A stretch of DNA of 64,000 nucleotides from an uncultured Rhodospirillaceae bacterium (GTDB lineage Bacteria > Pseudomonadota > Alphaproteobacteria > UBA11136): positions 11,362 through 75,361 of the forward strand of contig CAYZWF010000001.1 in assembly GCA_964482135.1 (NCBI GenBank), given 5' to 3'. A program made the translations under genes and the position numbers. Below are positions 47,428 to 57,970 of this stretch, piece after piece; position 1 is the stretch's first letter, and the number at the start of each line of letters is the position of its first letter. Under the pieces are notes generated by a model, which was given only the letters and a program-made list of their open reading frames with translations, ran no database searches and was not told the origin of the DNA.

Positions 47428-48897
47428 CTATTTAGCCATTTTTGCTATGGTGGAGGTGGTGCTGTGACCGGTTTCAATCTCGGCAAGAAGGACACGCCCC
47501 CCGTATCCTTTGACCACATCACCACCCACCACTTCATCGAGACGATAATCGGCTCCCTTGACCAGAACATCGGGACGGATGGCCTCGATCATGCGGATCG
47601 GCGTATCTTCCGAGAATACCACCACCAGATCAACCGAGGCCAAAGACGCCAGCACCGTCTCGCGGGCCGATTCGCCCTGTACCGGACGGCTTTTTCCTTT
47701 CAGCCGGGCGGTGGACGAATCACTGTTAAGTCCCACAATAAGACGGTCACAAGCGGCCTTCGCCTGATCGAGAAGGGAAATATGGCCGGGATGGAGAAGG
47801 TCGAAGCAGCCATTGGTGAATCCCACTTTTAAATCCTTGCTGCGCCAAAGATTAACCTGCTCCAGGGCTTCGGCCAGCGAAATGATCTTGGCTTCTCCCG
47901 ACAACAGGTCCTGATGACGCAGCGCGCCCAGGAGCTCGGAGGCATGTACCACCGCTGTTCCGGCCTTGCCCACGGAAATCCCGGCGGCTGCATTGGCAAG
48001 CCGCGCCGCATCGGAAAGGTCCACCCCCACCGCCACAGCCGCGGCCAACGTTGCCACGGCGGTATCGCCCGCGCCCGAAACATCAAAGACCTCTCTCGCT
48101 TCTCCGGCGAAATGATCGGGTGTCTTTTTGGCGCTGCCGCGCACCAGAGTCATGCCGTCGGCGCTGCGGGTTACAAGAACCGCATCTACACCACAGGAAG
48201 CGATAATGGTACACGCGGCGGAGGCTATTTCTTCATCACTTGAAACGGGCATACGGGTGGCGGCGGCCAGTTCCCGCAGGTTGGGCGTGATAAGGCTGGC
48301 GCCGCGGTAACGGGTGAAGTTATCGCCTTTGGGATCAACGATTACGGGCCGACCGGCCTTCGTGGCGGCGGCGATAAGGTCCTCGACTCCGCTTGGCGTC
48401 AGTACGCCCTTGCCATAGTCGGACAGTATGACAACGCCACAGGACTTCATGGCCTCCTTCGCCAGACCCAGAACTTCCTGCTGTTTTTCCGGAGAAAGGG
48501 GAAGAACGGTTTCGCGGTCGGCGCGCATCATTTGCTGATGGGCGGCCACGAAACGGGTCTTGATGGATGTGGATCGGTCCTTATCCAAAAGAAGATGCGG
48601 CGTGATGGCGGGCGCGCTCCGGAAAAGCTCTTTTACATCCGCAGCGGCCTCGTCGTCGCCGATGGCGGCGATAAATTCAGTGGAGGCTCCCAAAGCAGAA
48701 AGATTGCGGGCCACATTGCCGGCGCCGCCCAGCATTTTGGTTTCTCCGCTGATGCGAAAGATGGGTATGGGCGCTTCGGGGGAAATACGTTCCACATCAC
48801 CCGCAACGAAGCAATCAAGCATAAGATCGCCAATGCAAAGCACTTTGGCGTTGCCCAACAGGTCAATGGCGGCAACGGGATCGGGAATGTTAGACAT
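47428..48897 (-). CDS. hldE: bifunctional D-beta-D-heptose 7-phosphate kinase / D-beta-D-heptose 1-phosphate adenylyltransferase
   Basis: N-terminal PfkB ribokinase-like domain (VLCIGDLMLDCF, GGAGNVA) plus a C-terminal cytidylyltransferase-like domain (GFTNGCFDLLHPGHISLL). Confidence 0.85.
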   Translation of the reverse strand: MSNIPDPVAAIDLLGNAKVLCIGDLMLDCFVAGDVERISPEAPIPIFRISGETKMLGGAGNVARNLSALGASTEFIAAIGDDEAAADVKELFRSAPAITPHLLLDKDRSTSIKTRFVAAHQQMMRADRETVLPLSPEKQQEVLGLAKEAMKSCGVVILSDYGKGVLTPSGVEDLIAAATKAGRPVIVDPKGDNFTRYRGASLITPNLRELAAATRMPVSSDEEIASAACTIIASCGVDAVLVTRSADGMTLVRGSAKKTPDHFAGEAREVFDVSGAGDTAVATLAAAVAVGVDLSDAARLANAAAGISVGKAGTAVVHASELLGALRHQDLLSGEAKIISLAEALEQVNLWRSKDLKVGFTNGCFDLLHPGHISLLDQAKAACDRLIVGLNSDSSTARLKGKSRPVQGESARETVLASLASVDLVVVFSEDTPIRMIEAIRPDVLVKGADYRLDEVVGGDVVKGYGGRVLLAEIETGHSTTSTIAKMAK

Positions 48898-48926
48898 GGC
48901 GAGTAACCCTATCGCAAACCAGCGGG

Positions 48927-49517
48927 CTAAACGAGCCCCAGTTCCGTCTCCAGGGCGGCACAGAGAAGATGCCCCAGGGTGATATGCATTTCTTGGATGC
49001 GCGCCGTGGTGGGGGAAGGAACGATGATCAGAAGATCTGCCGCCGTTCCCAGCTTGCCGCCATCACCGCCGCCAAGGCCTACCGTGGCCATGCCTGCTTC
49101 GCGGGCGGCTTCCAGCCCACGAAGCACATTGGCGCTGGTTCCCGATGTACTGATGCCCAGGGCCACGTCACCGGGCTGGCCCAGGGCGTGAATCTGGCGC
49201 GCAAACACATGTTCGAATCCATAATCGTTGCCGATGGCGGTAAGAGCCGAACTGTCGGTGGTCAGGGCCAGCCCGGGGAGCGGCGCGCGGTCCTGCGAGA
49301 AGCGGCAGCACATTTCCGCCGCCAGGTGCTGGGCGTCGGCGGCGCTGCCACCATTGCCGAAGAAAACCAGCTTATGGCCATTGCTGACGGCTGTCGCGCA
49401 TAACGCAACCAGTTCACGAAAGGATGCTTCCACGGCTTTTGCCGTGGCCCGCGCCACATCTTCATGCTCCTGGAATTCAGCGGCCAGGAAAGCCTTCAGA
49501 TCACCCTTCGTGTCCAT
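48927..49517 (-). CDS. gmhA: D-sedoheptulose 7-phosphate isomerase (SIS domain)
   Basis: [20 protein letters not shown]...[10 protein letters not shown], a SIS-domain GmhA pattern. It lies adjacent to hldE. Confidence 0.85.
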   Translation of the reverse strand: MDTKGDLKAFLAAEFQEHEDVARATAKAVEASFRELVALCATAVSNGHKLVFFGNGGSAADAQHLAAEMCCRFSQDRAPLPGLALTTDSSALTAIGNDYGFEHVFARQIHALGQPGDVALGISTSGTSANVLRGLEAAREAGMATVGLGGGDGGKLGTAADLLIIVPSPTTARIQEMHITLGHLLCAALETELGLV

Positions 49518-49586
49518 TTCCGTCTCTTTATTTCAGGCGTAGTTCTCCTTCCACGCCCCTTACTATTCCGGTGGAGGGGGGCCAAC

Positions 49587-50831
49587 TTAACCCTGATTCG
49601 GGCAAATCGCCAGCAAAGCCGCCTCGAAACGGGAGAGAAGGGTCTCCCGGTCCCATTCGGTTTCGGCCCTGTGGCGGGCGTTTTCACCCAGACGCTGACG
49701 CTCCGCCGCATCATCGGCAAGATGGCAGATGGCTGCCGCCATTGCCTCACTGTCTTCGGGGGGGGCGATCATGCCACAGTCGGCAACCTCCCGCGCCAAG
49801 GCCGTCTCTTCCCGCGCTCCGGCCACTACGGGCCGTCCGCTGGCAAGCATGGCACCCAGTTTCGAGGGCATGACCAGATCCGCCGCGTCGCTGCGCTGGG
49901 GCAGGAGATGTATCTGGGCGAGATTGAGAAGATCGTTAAAGGTCTCTGCCGGCTGCAGGGGCAGCAGTCTCAGGTTGCGCACAGTTTTGGCAAGAACGCC
50001 AAGCCGTGCCGCAGCCGCGCCGTCGCCGCATAAGACCACGGCTATATCAGAACGTTGTTCCAGTTTGCGGGCGGTTTCGACCAGAGTTTCCATCCCCTGT
50101 TTTTCCCCCAGATTCCCGGAATACAGGACCACCAGCGTATCCTTTTTAAGGCCCAACTCGGCGCGCAGGGCTTCCATGCGCGGGCTCGGGGTTTGCAGGG
50201 GGCGGATGGTTTCAAGATCGGTCCAGTTGGGGAACAGCACCGTATCGCTGTCGGACACGCCCTTGGCGGCAAGGCGCTCGCGCATGCGTGGCGTTATGGT
50301 GGAAACCCGGTCGAAACGCCGCAACAGCATTTCCTCTGTGGACAAGGCGAAACTGCGGGCAAAATCCGAATCCAGAAGCCCCAGCCCGAAGGCGGCCTCC
50401 ACCTCGAAATCCTGGATATGCAGCCAGGCCTTGGCGCCACTCAGTTTCGCCACCAGCCATCCTCCCGGCGCACAGAACAACGCTGGCGCCACCGTCAGCA
50501 CAATGTCGGGCCGGAATGCTCCTCCCGCCCATGCCAGGGGCGGCAGACTGGTAAGGGCGAAGCTCATCAGATGCAGGATGCGGTTGATCCCGGATCGCCG
50601 CCGCGGCACCCACAAAGGACAGCGCGTCACCGTCACGCCGTCTTCCATCCCATGGGCGTATGTGGCGGCGCTGAATCCTTCTCCCACCTTCCAGGCGGGA
50701 TAGTAGGGGGGCGCGGTGATAACGCGGACCTCATGTCCCCGCGCCACAAGCCACGGCGCCATTTCGCCGGAATATCTTCCAATTCCGATAGGCTCGGGTG
50801 CGTAGTTGAGGCCGTAAATGAGAAGTCTCAC
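49587..50831 (-). CDS. family-1/4 glycosyltransferase (WcaI-like)
   Basis: GTG start at 50831 with a GGAGAGGGA SD gives MRLLIYGLNYAPEPIGIGRY... (GT4 N-domain). C-terminal EX7E-like region. The 627-aa ORF-track version runs into the upstream flippase gene. Confidence 0.7.
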   Translation of the reverse strand: MRLLIYGLNYAPEPIGIGRYSGEMAPWLVARGHEVRVITAPPYYPAWKVGEGFSAATYAHGMEDGVTVTRCPLWVPRRRSGINRILHLMSFALTSLPPLAWAGGAFRPDIVLTVAPALFCAPGGWLVAKLSGAKAWLHIQDFEVEAAFGLGLLDSDFARSFALSTEEMLLRRFDRVSTITPRMRERLAAKGVSDSDTVLFPNWTDLETIRPLQTPSPRMEALRAELGLKKDTLVVLYSGNLGEKQGMETLVETARKLEQRSDIAVVLCGDGAAAARLGVLAKTVRNLRLLPLQPAETFNDLLNLAQIHLLPQRSDAADLVMPSKLGAMLASGRPVVAGAREETALAREVADCGMIAPPEDSEAMAAAICHLADDAAERQRLGENARHRAETEWDRETLLSRFEAALLAICPNQG

Positions 50832-51166
50832 GATTCCCTCTCCGCGCGGAGAACCAGACAATCCCCATGTCCCTGACGGTTTTTCAGCCACAACAGGGGA
50901 AACAGTATGAAACGCCATACCGCCATAAGCCCCACCACCAGTAAAGGATTGCGCAAGGCGTTGGTGGGCTCGCCGGGGTGGGCGAAATGGTCGGCGATGG
51001 TGGATTGCGCCACCCACAGGGCGGGCGTTTCCTGATGGCAGGTAAAGGTACGGAACCCGGTATCTGCGAGAAGTTTTTTCAACAGGGACGGTGAGAAATG
51101 AACGGATAGACCAGCACCCAGTCGAGGGTGGTTTCCTCCCCGGCCTCGGATGTATATTTCTCGCCC

Positions 51167-52768
51167 CTAGCCATGGGAAGGCCCCTGGCGGGATGGTTTG
51201 GAACCCGCGAGCCTGGCCTCGGCGATGAATTCCCGCACCGGGTCCCAGACGATAATGAAGAGAAGTCCCAAGCATCCCACGCCCAGGACAATCCGTTGCG
51301 CCATGTCCACCGAAAGGACAGCCATGGACCAGGCGGCGGCGATAAAGCCGACGGCCACCGTGACCAGAATTACTATGCGGGGAACGCTCACCACGGGAAG
51401 GAACAAGTTCAATTTGGCCTGGGAGAACCAGTAGATAGAGACCAGCATGACGAACTCGGTGGCGATCCAATAGGTCAACATGCCCGGGAAGGTATATTCA
51501 ACAATTCCTCCCGCCGGAATCAGCGCCAGCACGGCGGCGGTCTGCAGCCACAGGGCGCGGGCACCGAACCGTTCATTATCGCTGGCCTGAAGCAGATACC
51601 AAAAGGGAACATTGGCGAGGGTAATCAGATTGCCGATAATCAGAAGGCGGGTGGCCATGACCAGCCCTCCAGGAAGTTCACCCAGCCACAGTGAATAGGC
51701 TTCTCCGGCGAACAGCAAAAGCAGAACAAATCCCGACGTTCCCGCCGCCCCGAGAGCGAGTAGGGAAACTCGCAGTAATTCAATGGTGGCTTTCCTTTCA
51801 TCGCCGCGGTGGAGGACCGCAAGCCCCGGGAAAAGGGCCGTAAAGCCGGAAGCCGCGATATCGCGGATGGTGTGTGTCACCCGCATGGCGATGTCGTAGA
51901 GCCCCACTGCCTGGGGCCCGAGACTCACCCCCAGCACCAGCCGGAACACAGGCTCGCGAAGAATGAAGCCGACGGATATGACATAGAGATGCCATCCCCG
52001 CCGCATCAGGGAGCGCAGATGAAGCAGCGTTTCGAAAGGCGACAGCGCCACGGCCGCCGCCGCCCATTGCGGATGATGGCGCTTCAGGCGATGGCGGAAA
52101 ATCACGATCTGGGAAAGGCTCGAGAGCAACGCGCCTGCCGCCAGCCCCTCGATAGGCGCGCCCAGAAGGGTGCCGGCGACCGAGGCCGCGAAGGGAAAGA
52201 CGGGCGTGATGGCCAAAACCAACTGCACCCCGTAATTGTCGTTGCGCGCCGCCAGTACCGCGGCATCGAGCCGGGCGGTGATCTGTAAGGTGGCGCCCAC
52301 CACCAAGGCCATGGTGGCCAGCAAAAGATCGCCCGGGGAATAATATTCCGAGAGGCCTAAAAATAGCCCCTCTCCGGCGAACAGCAGCGCGCCAAGAACC
52401 ACGGCGGCGACGGCGGCATAGACCCGCCGCGCGGCAAGATGGTCGCGGCGGCACTGTATGGCTTCACCCTCACTGCGGTCACGTCCGGCCTCGCGGGTGA
52501 TGAGCAGGCTGAACCCCACATCGGCCATGCCCAGATAAGAAGTCAGCGTGGATAACAGCGACCACAGGCCCAGCACCGCCAGTCCGGCACGGTCAAGCAT
52601 CAGGGGGTAGAGGATGAAATATCCGGCGACGGGAACGATGAAGCGTAACGGTCCGGCCAGAGCGGAGCGGAAAATGTCTCGCTGTACGTTGAATACAGCG
52701 GAGGAAGGCGCAGGTGGGCCAGTCTGGGGCGTCTGTTCCGCGTTGTCGTCCTGATGTGTCACATTCAC
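51167..52768 (-). CDS. polysaccharide biosynthesis/export protein (Wzx-like MOP-superfamily flippase)
   Basis: About 12-14 TM helices, an N-terminal cytoplasmic stretch, and typical O-antigen flippase hydrophobicity. The start is uncertain. Confidence 0.6.
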   Translation of the reverse strand: MNVTHQDDNAEQTPQTGPPAPSSAVFNVQRDIFRSALAGPLRFIVPVAGYFILYPLMLDRAGLAVLGLWSLLSTLTSYLGMADVGFSLLITREAGRDRSEGEAIQCRRDHLAARRVYAAVAAVVLGALLFAGEGLFLGLSEYYSPGDLLLATMALVVGATLQITARLDAAVLAARNDNYGVQLVLAITPVFPFAASVAGTLLGAPIEGLAAGALLSSLSQIVIFRHRLKRHHPQWAAAAVALSPFETLLHLRSLMRRGWHLYVISVGFILREPVFRLVLGVSLGPQAVGLYDIAMRVTHTIRDIAASGFTALFPGLAVLHRGDERKATIELLRVSLLALGAAGTSGFVLLLLFAGEAYSLWLGELPGGLVMATRLLIIGNLITLANVPFWYLLQASDNERFGARALWLQTAAVLALIPAGGIVEYTFPGMLTYWIATEFVMLVSIYWFSQAKLNLFLPVVSVPRIVILVTVAVGFIAAAWSMAVLSVDMAQRIVLGVGCLGLLFIIVWDPVREFIAEARLAGSKPSRQGPSHG

Positions 52769-52810
52769 CCCTTGAGTGCGGCCCCGGTCAGGCGCGATCC
52801 CGCTCCGCGC

Positions 52811-53776
52811 TCAGCTTTCCGCTGCGGCCTCTGAAGAAAGCAGCCGGTCAAAATAGTCTATGGTGTGTTTCAGGCCTTCCTCCAGGGGAACCGAAGGCGT
52901 CCAGTCCAGCTTCTCACGCGCCTGTGTGATGTCCGGGCATCGTTGCAGGGGGTCGTCCTCGGGCAGCGGTTTTTTCACCAGTTTCGATTTCGCTCCGCTC
53001 AGGGAAATAATGGTTTCCGCCAGTTCCCGTATGGTGATCTCGTGCGGGTTACCGAGATTGATGGGGCCGGGCACGTCGTCGGGCGCATTCATGAGCCGGG
53101 TGATGCCTTCGATCATGTCGTCCACAAAACAGAAAGAACGGGTCTGTTCGCCGTCACCGTAAAGAGTAATGTCCTCCCCGCGCAGGGCCTGGACCATGAA
53201 ATTGGAGACCACCCGCCCATCATCGGGAAGCATGCGCGGGCCATAGGTGTTGAAAATCCGCGCCACGCGGATGGGAAGATTGTGCTGGCGGTAATAATCA
53301 AAGAACAGGGTTTCGGCGCATCTCTTGCCCTCGTCGTAACAGGCGCGGGGTCCGATGGGGTTGACCCTGCCGCGATAGGTTTCGTCCTGGGGGTGAATCT
53401 CGGGATCGCCGTAGACCTCGCTGGTGGAGGCCTGAAAAATTCTCGCGCCCGTACGTTTGGCAAGCCCCAGCATGTTGATGGCGCCGTGAACGCTGGTCTT
53501 GGTGGTCTGCACGGGGTCGTGCTGGTAATGAACGGGAGAAGCCGGACAGGCCAGATTGTAAATCTGGTCCACTTCCACATAGAGCGGAAAGGTCACGTCA
53601 TGGCGCATCAGTTCGAAATGGGGGTTGGCAAAGAGATGCTGGACATTGTCCTTGGAGCCGGTGAAGAAGTTGTCCACGCACAGCACGTCATGGCCGTCGC
53701 CCAGCAGCCGCTCACACAGGTGGGACCCAAGAAATCCCGCTCCACCCGTAACCAGAACTCGTTTCTGTGAATGCAT
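52811..53776 (-). CDS. UDP-glucuronate decarboxylase (UDP-xylose synthase), SDR family
   Basis: [19 protein letters not shown], catalytic YDEGKR (YxxxK), and high similarity to the UXS/ArnA decarboxylase domain. Start at MHSQKR. Confidence 0.8.
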   Translation of the reverse strand: MHSQKRVLVTGGAGFLGSHLCERLLGDGHDVLCVDNFFTGSKDNVQHLFANPHFELMRHDVTFPLYVEVDQIYNLACPASPVHYQHDPVQTTKTSVHGAINMLGLAKRTGARIFQASTSEVYGDPEIHPQDETYRGRVNPIGPRACYDEGKRCAETLFFDYYRQHNLPIRVARIFNTYGPRMLPDDGRVVSNFMVQALRGEDITLYGDGEQTRSFCFVDDMIEGITRLMNAPDDVPGPINLGNPHEITIRELAETIISLSGAKSKLVKKPLPEDDPLQRCPDITQAREKLDWTPSVPLEEGLKHTIDYFDRLLSSEAAAES

Positions 53777-53905
53777 CCGTCCCCAGGCTCCACTCAAGAA
53801 TTTTTCACGCCTGCGTAAGGTTTACACATACCAGCGCGCCGTAGAGACTATCACCGATGGCGGGCATTGATAAACCGCCGCCATTCCCGTCGCGACCGCG
53901 TCCTG

Positions 53906-54121
53906 TCATGTGCGGAGAAAGGATTGGCTGTCTTCTTCGAGTGCCAGGCAGGTGAGAATTCCGCTTGAATAGGCACCGGTGTCGATGCCGATGCGGTTGG
54001 GAAGGATCTCGGGCTCGGGCCGGATGGTGTGGCCGTGAACCACGACCTTTCCGTGATTGGCTTTAGAACCGAGGAATTCACCGCGTATCCACAACACGTT
54101 TTCTTCCTTTTGTTCGTCCAA
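53906..54121 (-). pseudogene. Truncated metallophosphoesterase (PP2B/ApaH-like) with only the C-terminal third retained
   Basis: ...VVVHGHTIRPEPEILPNRIGIDTGAYSSGILTCLALEE matches the C-terminal His/Asp motifs of calcineurin-like phosphoesterases. The N-terminal GDxHG/GDxxDRG/GNHE half is absent and there is an in-frame stop just upstream. Confidence 0.5.
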
Positions 54122-54321
54122 TGGACCGAGAACCGGTCATGCACTAACATTCGAACTGGACCACTCAAGAGGGGCTGGTCATTTCTAGGCCCCATGGCTG
54201 TGTCAATTTTGATGATCTGTTAGATCGGCTCGAGATTGAAGGAGATCGGGAGCGTCGATGTTTATCTGAAATCGTAAATCTACATGCTGACTTTGAATGG
54301 CTCGACCAAGAGAAGAAATGG

Positions 54322-55194
54322 TTGTGGGATGTTAATAGTTTCGAGAAAGGACTAAATCGTATTGTCAACGTCATTCGGAAAATCTTTTCCGTTACTCCTT
54401 CCCTACACATTACCGAACTTAGGCAAGGATTAGGCAGATACCACCGCATAGCATTCGTTCCGCACAGTCGGGTGTTACTAGAAATATGCCGTCAACTCGA
54501 TTTTCTTGAGGTTAGGGAAAATCAAGTGAACACCATTTCTGGCAGGAGGCTTCCCAGCACTCTAGTGGGGATTGAGTCAACGCTGATCAAAGCGTTTCAG
54601 GGAAAACCGATCCTTTCCAGAGAAGCGCTTGAAACCAATGCCTTGGCTTTAGGAATGAATCGATCGAGCTTTTACGTAATGATTGGTTATTCACCAATAG
54701 TAGTCCGATTAGCTAGAGGGGTATATGCCCCTATTGGCGCAGATATTCCACCCGGTGTTGTTGAAGCAACAAAACCATCATTTCAAAGGAAGCGGGTTGT
54801 TGTTGATTTTGGCTGGAATGCTAACAGATATCTGTGGATCGCTTATCGTTTATCCAAAGCTATGCTAAGCGGCAACCAGGTCAATGTGCCAACCTCCGTA
54901 AAAGAGTTTATACAGGGAGAATGGCCTATGGAGACGACTAGTCAGGGAAAAGTCGCAGTCGTTTCGATAAATGGTACCAGTGTATCGGGCTTTTATACGC
55001 TTCTAGATAGACGCGGGGCCGAGTGTGGGGACACTCTAATTTTGGTGTTTGATACAAAAGATCATTTGTTTCGGATGGAGCTAGGCAGCGATGAATTGGT
55101 CGAGCGATGGAAAAATAGCGAACTTAAATTAACAGACGATCAGTTACTTGACCTTGATTCAGATAGTGAAGAAAGGGAAGCCCCCGCGGGTTAA
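54322..55194 (+). CDS. hypothetical protein in an AT-rich insertion (an ORF of about 290 aa, and the frame stays open upstream to 54148)
   Basis: Visibly lower GC than the flanks, with no recognised domain and an acidic C-terminus (DLDSDSEEREAP). The start is uncertain: TTG at 54322, and no in-frame ATG upstream. Confidence 0.45.
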   Translation: MWDVNSFEKGLNRIVNVIRKIFSVTPSLHITELRQGLGRYHRIAFVPHSRVLLEICRQLDFLEVRENQVNTISGRRLPSTLVGIESTLIKAFQGKPILSREALETNALALGMNRSSFYVMIGYSPIVVRLARGVYAPIGADIPPGVVEATKPSFQRKRVVVDFGWNANRYLWIAYRLSKAMLSGNQVNVPTSVKEFIQGEWPMETTSQGKVAVVSINGTSVSGFYTLLDRRGAECGDTLILVFDTKDHLFRMELGSDELVERWKNSELKLTDDQLLDLDSDSEEREAPAG

Positions 55195-55351
55195 CTCTCG
55201 TGTTTTGCCACCCTTAATCCCCCGCCTTCGCGGTGGCCATATCCATGAGAGGTAGAGCGAACTCTTCCCTCCCCCGGTCGTTTCGGGCAAAGTGGCGCTC
55301 CAAAAAATAAAATAAAGAAAGACCGCGCGCCCGCGCGCCCAGAGAAACTCC

Positions 55352-55663
55352 ATGGATATCGCCACAGCACATAAAATCCGGGAAAATCCCAAGTTCGCGG
55401 CCATGGTCGCGCGCAAGGAGCGCATGGGGCGGCGGCTGACCGGGTTCATGCTGGTGGTTTATTTCGGATTCATCCTCACCATCGCATTCGCCCCCCACTG
55501 GCTGGCGATTTCATTAAGCGCGACGGGCGTGATGACGCTGGGTATTCCCATCGGCATCGCCATCATCCTGGCCGCCTTCGCCGCCACCGGGGTCTACGTC
55601 TATTGGGCCAATACCCATTTCGACGAAATCACCCGGGAAATCCTCAAAGAGGCGGGACATTGA
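55352..55663 (+). CDS. DUF485 (YjcH-like) inner-membrane protein
   Basis: 103-aa two-TM protein immediately upstream of actP, the classical yjcH-actP pairing. Confidence 0.75.
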   Translation: MDIATAHKIRENPKFAAMVARKERMGRRLTGFMLVVYFGFILTIAFAPHWLAISLSATGVMTLGIPIGIAIILAAFAATGVYVYWANTHFDEITREILKEAGH

Positions 55664-55679
55664 TGACGGGTCTCACTAG

Positions 55680-57233
55680 ATGACGGACCTCAATATTCCC
55701 GCCATCGCCATGTTCTTCGTCTTCGTGGCCGCGACGCTAGGGATTACCCGGTGGGCGGCGCGGCGCACCCGCACGCGGGCGCATTTCTATGCCGCGGGGG
55801 GAAATATCACGGCGCTGCAGAACGGGCTGGCCATCGCCGGGGACTATATGTCGGCGGCGTCCTTTCTCGGTATCTCGGGGCTGGTGTTTTTGTCGGGCTA
55901 TGACGGGCTGATCTATTCCATCGGCTTCCTGGTGGGCTGGCCCATTATTCTGTTTTTGATCGCCGAACGGCTGCGCAATCTGGGGAAATATACCTTCGCC
56001 GATGTGGTGTCGTTCCGGCTGTCGCCGGTGCCGGTGCGCTCGATCTCGGCCTGCGGCGCGCTGGCCACGGTGATTCTGTATTTGATCGCGCAGATGGTGG
56101 GGGCGGGAAAGCTGATCGAATTGCTGTTCGGGCTGCCTTATGAATCGGCGGTGATTATCGTCGGCGTGCTGATGATTCTCTATGTGAGCTTCGGCGGCAT
56201 GATCGCCACCACCTGGGTGCAGATCATCAAGGCGGTGCTGTTGTTGCTGGGGGCGAGCTTCATGGCCGTGGCGGTGCTGTGGAACATGGGATTCAGCTTC
56301 GAGGCGTTATTCGAAAACGCGGTGACCGTCCACCCCAAAGGAAAAGCCATCATGGCGCCGGGGGGGCTGCTCAGTGATCCGGTCTCGGCCATATCCTTAG
56401 GATTGGCGCTCATGTTCGGCACCGCCGGGCTGCCCCATATTTTGATGCGTTTCTTCACCGTGCCCGACGCGCGGGAGGCCCGGACCTCGGTTTTTTATGC
56501 CACCGGATTCATCGGCTATTTCTATATTCTCACATTCATTATCGGCTTCGGAGCCATCGTTCTGGTGAGCGGCGACGCACGGTTTCTCGACTCCGCCGGC
56601 GCGCTGATGGGCGGCAACAACATGGCGGCCATCCATCTGGCCCAGGCCACCGGCGGCGATCTGTTCCTGGGGTTCATTTCGGCGGTGGCCTTCGCCACCA
56701 TCCTGGCGGTGGTGTCGGGACTCACATTGGCGGGGGCGTCGGCCGTGAGTCATGATCTCTATGCCAGCGTGTTGCGCCACGGCGAGGCCAATGACGCCGA
56801 GGAATTGAAGGTGTCGCGCATGGCCACGGTGGGGCTGGGGGTGCTGGCCATAGCCCTGGGCATCGTCTTCGAGCAACAGAACGTGGCCTTCATGGTGGGA
56901 CTGGCCTTCGCCATCGCGGCGAGCGCCAATTTCCCGGTATTGCTGCTGTCCATGTATTGGTCGAAGCTGACCACGCGGGGGGCCTTCTGGGGCGGCGCCT
57001 GTGGCTTAAGCGTGGCGGTTGGGCTGATGATTTTAGGGCCCACGGTATGGGTGGACGTGCTGGGAAATAGCGACCCCGTCTTCCCCTATAAATATCCCGC
57101 TTTGTTCGCCATGAGCGCGGCCTTTCTGGCGGCCTGGGGCTTTTCGGTGAGCGACACCAGCCCGCGGGCCAAGGCCGAGCGTGAGGCTTTTGACCTGCAA
57201 TATATCCGCTCGGAAGTGGGGCGCGTGGGATAG
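55680..57233 (+). CDS. actP: cation/acetate symporter ActP (sodium:solute symporter family)
   Basis: 517-aa SSS-family transporter following the DUF485 gene. Conserved [29 protein letters not shown]-terminal region. Confidence 0.8.
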   Translation: MTDLNIPAIAMFFVFVAATLGITRWAARRTRTRAHFYAAGGNITALQNGLAIAGDYMSAASFLGISGLVFLSGYDGLIYSIGFLVGWPIILFLIAERLRNLGKYTFADVVSFRLSPVPVRSISACGALATVILYLIAQMVGAGKLIELLFGLPYESAVIIVGVLMILYVSFGGMIATTWVQIIKAVLLLLGASFMAVAVLWNMGFSFEALFENAVTVHPKGKAIMAPGGLLSDPVSAISLGLALMFGTAGLPHILMRFFTVPDAREARTSVFYATGFIGYFYILTFIIGFGAIVLVSGDARFLDSAGALMGGNNMAAIHLAQATGGDLFLGFISAVAFATILAVVSGLTLAGASAVSHDLYASVLRHGEANDAEELKVSRMATVGLGVLAIALGIVFEQQNVAFMVGLAFAIAASANFPVLLLSMYWSKLTTRGAFWGGACGLSVAVGLMILGPTVWVDVLGNSDPVFPYKYPALFAMSAAFLAAWGFSVSDTSPRAKAEREAFDLQYIRSEVGRVG

Positions 57234-57242
57234 GGCGGGCTC

Positions 57243-57695
57243 CTAACCCCCGCGTTTTGCTTCTTGTATGGTGGCCTCCAGGCGGTCGAGGAAGCGCGAG
57301 CGGTCGGCCTTGGCGAAGGGTTTTGGGCCGCCGGTGACCTCACCGCTTTCGCGCAAATTCTGCATCAGTTCACGGTTGGCCAGCGCCATGCCGATGCTGT
57401 TTTCGGTGAAGGGTTCACCGTCGGGACGCAGGGCCAGCGCGCCGCGCTCCAAGCAGCGCGCGGCCAGCGGGATGTCGTTGGTGACGCAGATGTCAGAGGC
57501 GCAAATATGTTCGGCGATCCAGTCATCGGCGGCGTCGGCGCCGTGAGCGACGATCACCAGCTCCACCAGCGGATTTTGGACGGGACGGATGCCGCCATCG
57601 CTCACCATGAAGGTCTTGAGATCGTGACGGGCGGCCACGCGCAGGGTTTCGTCGCGCACCGGACAGGCGTCGGCGTCTATGTAAATTTCCGGCAT
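57243..57695 (-). CDS. YaiI/YqgV (UPF0178, DUF188) family protein
   Basis: MPEIYIDADACPVRDE...ICVTNDIPLAA, the characteristic UPF0178 pattern. Confidence 0.7.
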   Translation of the reverse strand: MPEIYIDADACPVRDETLRVAARHDLKTFMVSDGGIRPVQNPLVELVIVAHGADAADDWIAEHICASDICVTNDIPLAARCLERGALALRPDGEPFTENSIGMALANRELMQNLRESGEVTGGPKPFAKADRSRFLDRLEATIQEAKRGG

Positions 57696-57899
57696 AAGGG
57701 TTCCCCATAGCCCGCATCGCGATAGCAGACAAGGCGGGCCTCTTTATTGAGCGCCGATCTGGCCGAACTTTGCGATGAGGCTTTGGACCGCGCCGATGGC
57801 GGGATGGCGCAGGCTTGTCCTATCCCTCCCTCCACTGCAGGCGGCTGCAGCGCCTATTGGTCTCCGGCTGACTAGGCGGACGGGAAAGTAGACGAAAAA

Positions 57900-57934
57900 C
57901 CCCCGCGGGTTGCGACCGGCGGGGGTTTTCTTTT
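57900..57934 (-). terminator. bidirectional rho-independent terminator downstream of fhcC
   Basis: CCCCCGCGGGTTGCGACCGGCGGGGG hairpin flanked by an A-run on the 5' side and TTTTCTTTT on the 3' side. Confidence 0.55.
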
Positions 57935-57970
57935 GCCTGTGAGGAGAGGCTGTAAAAAAGCAGGACGCCC

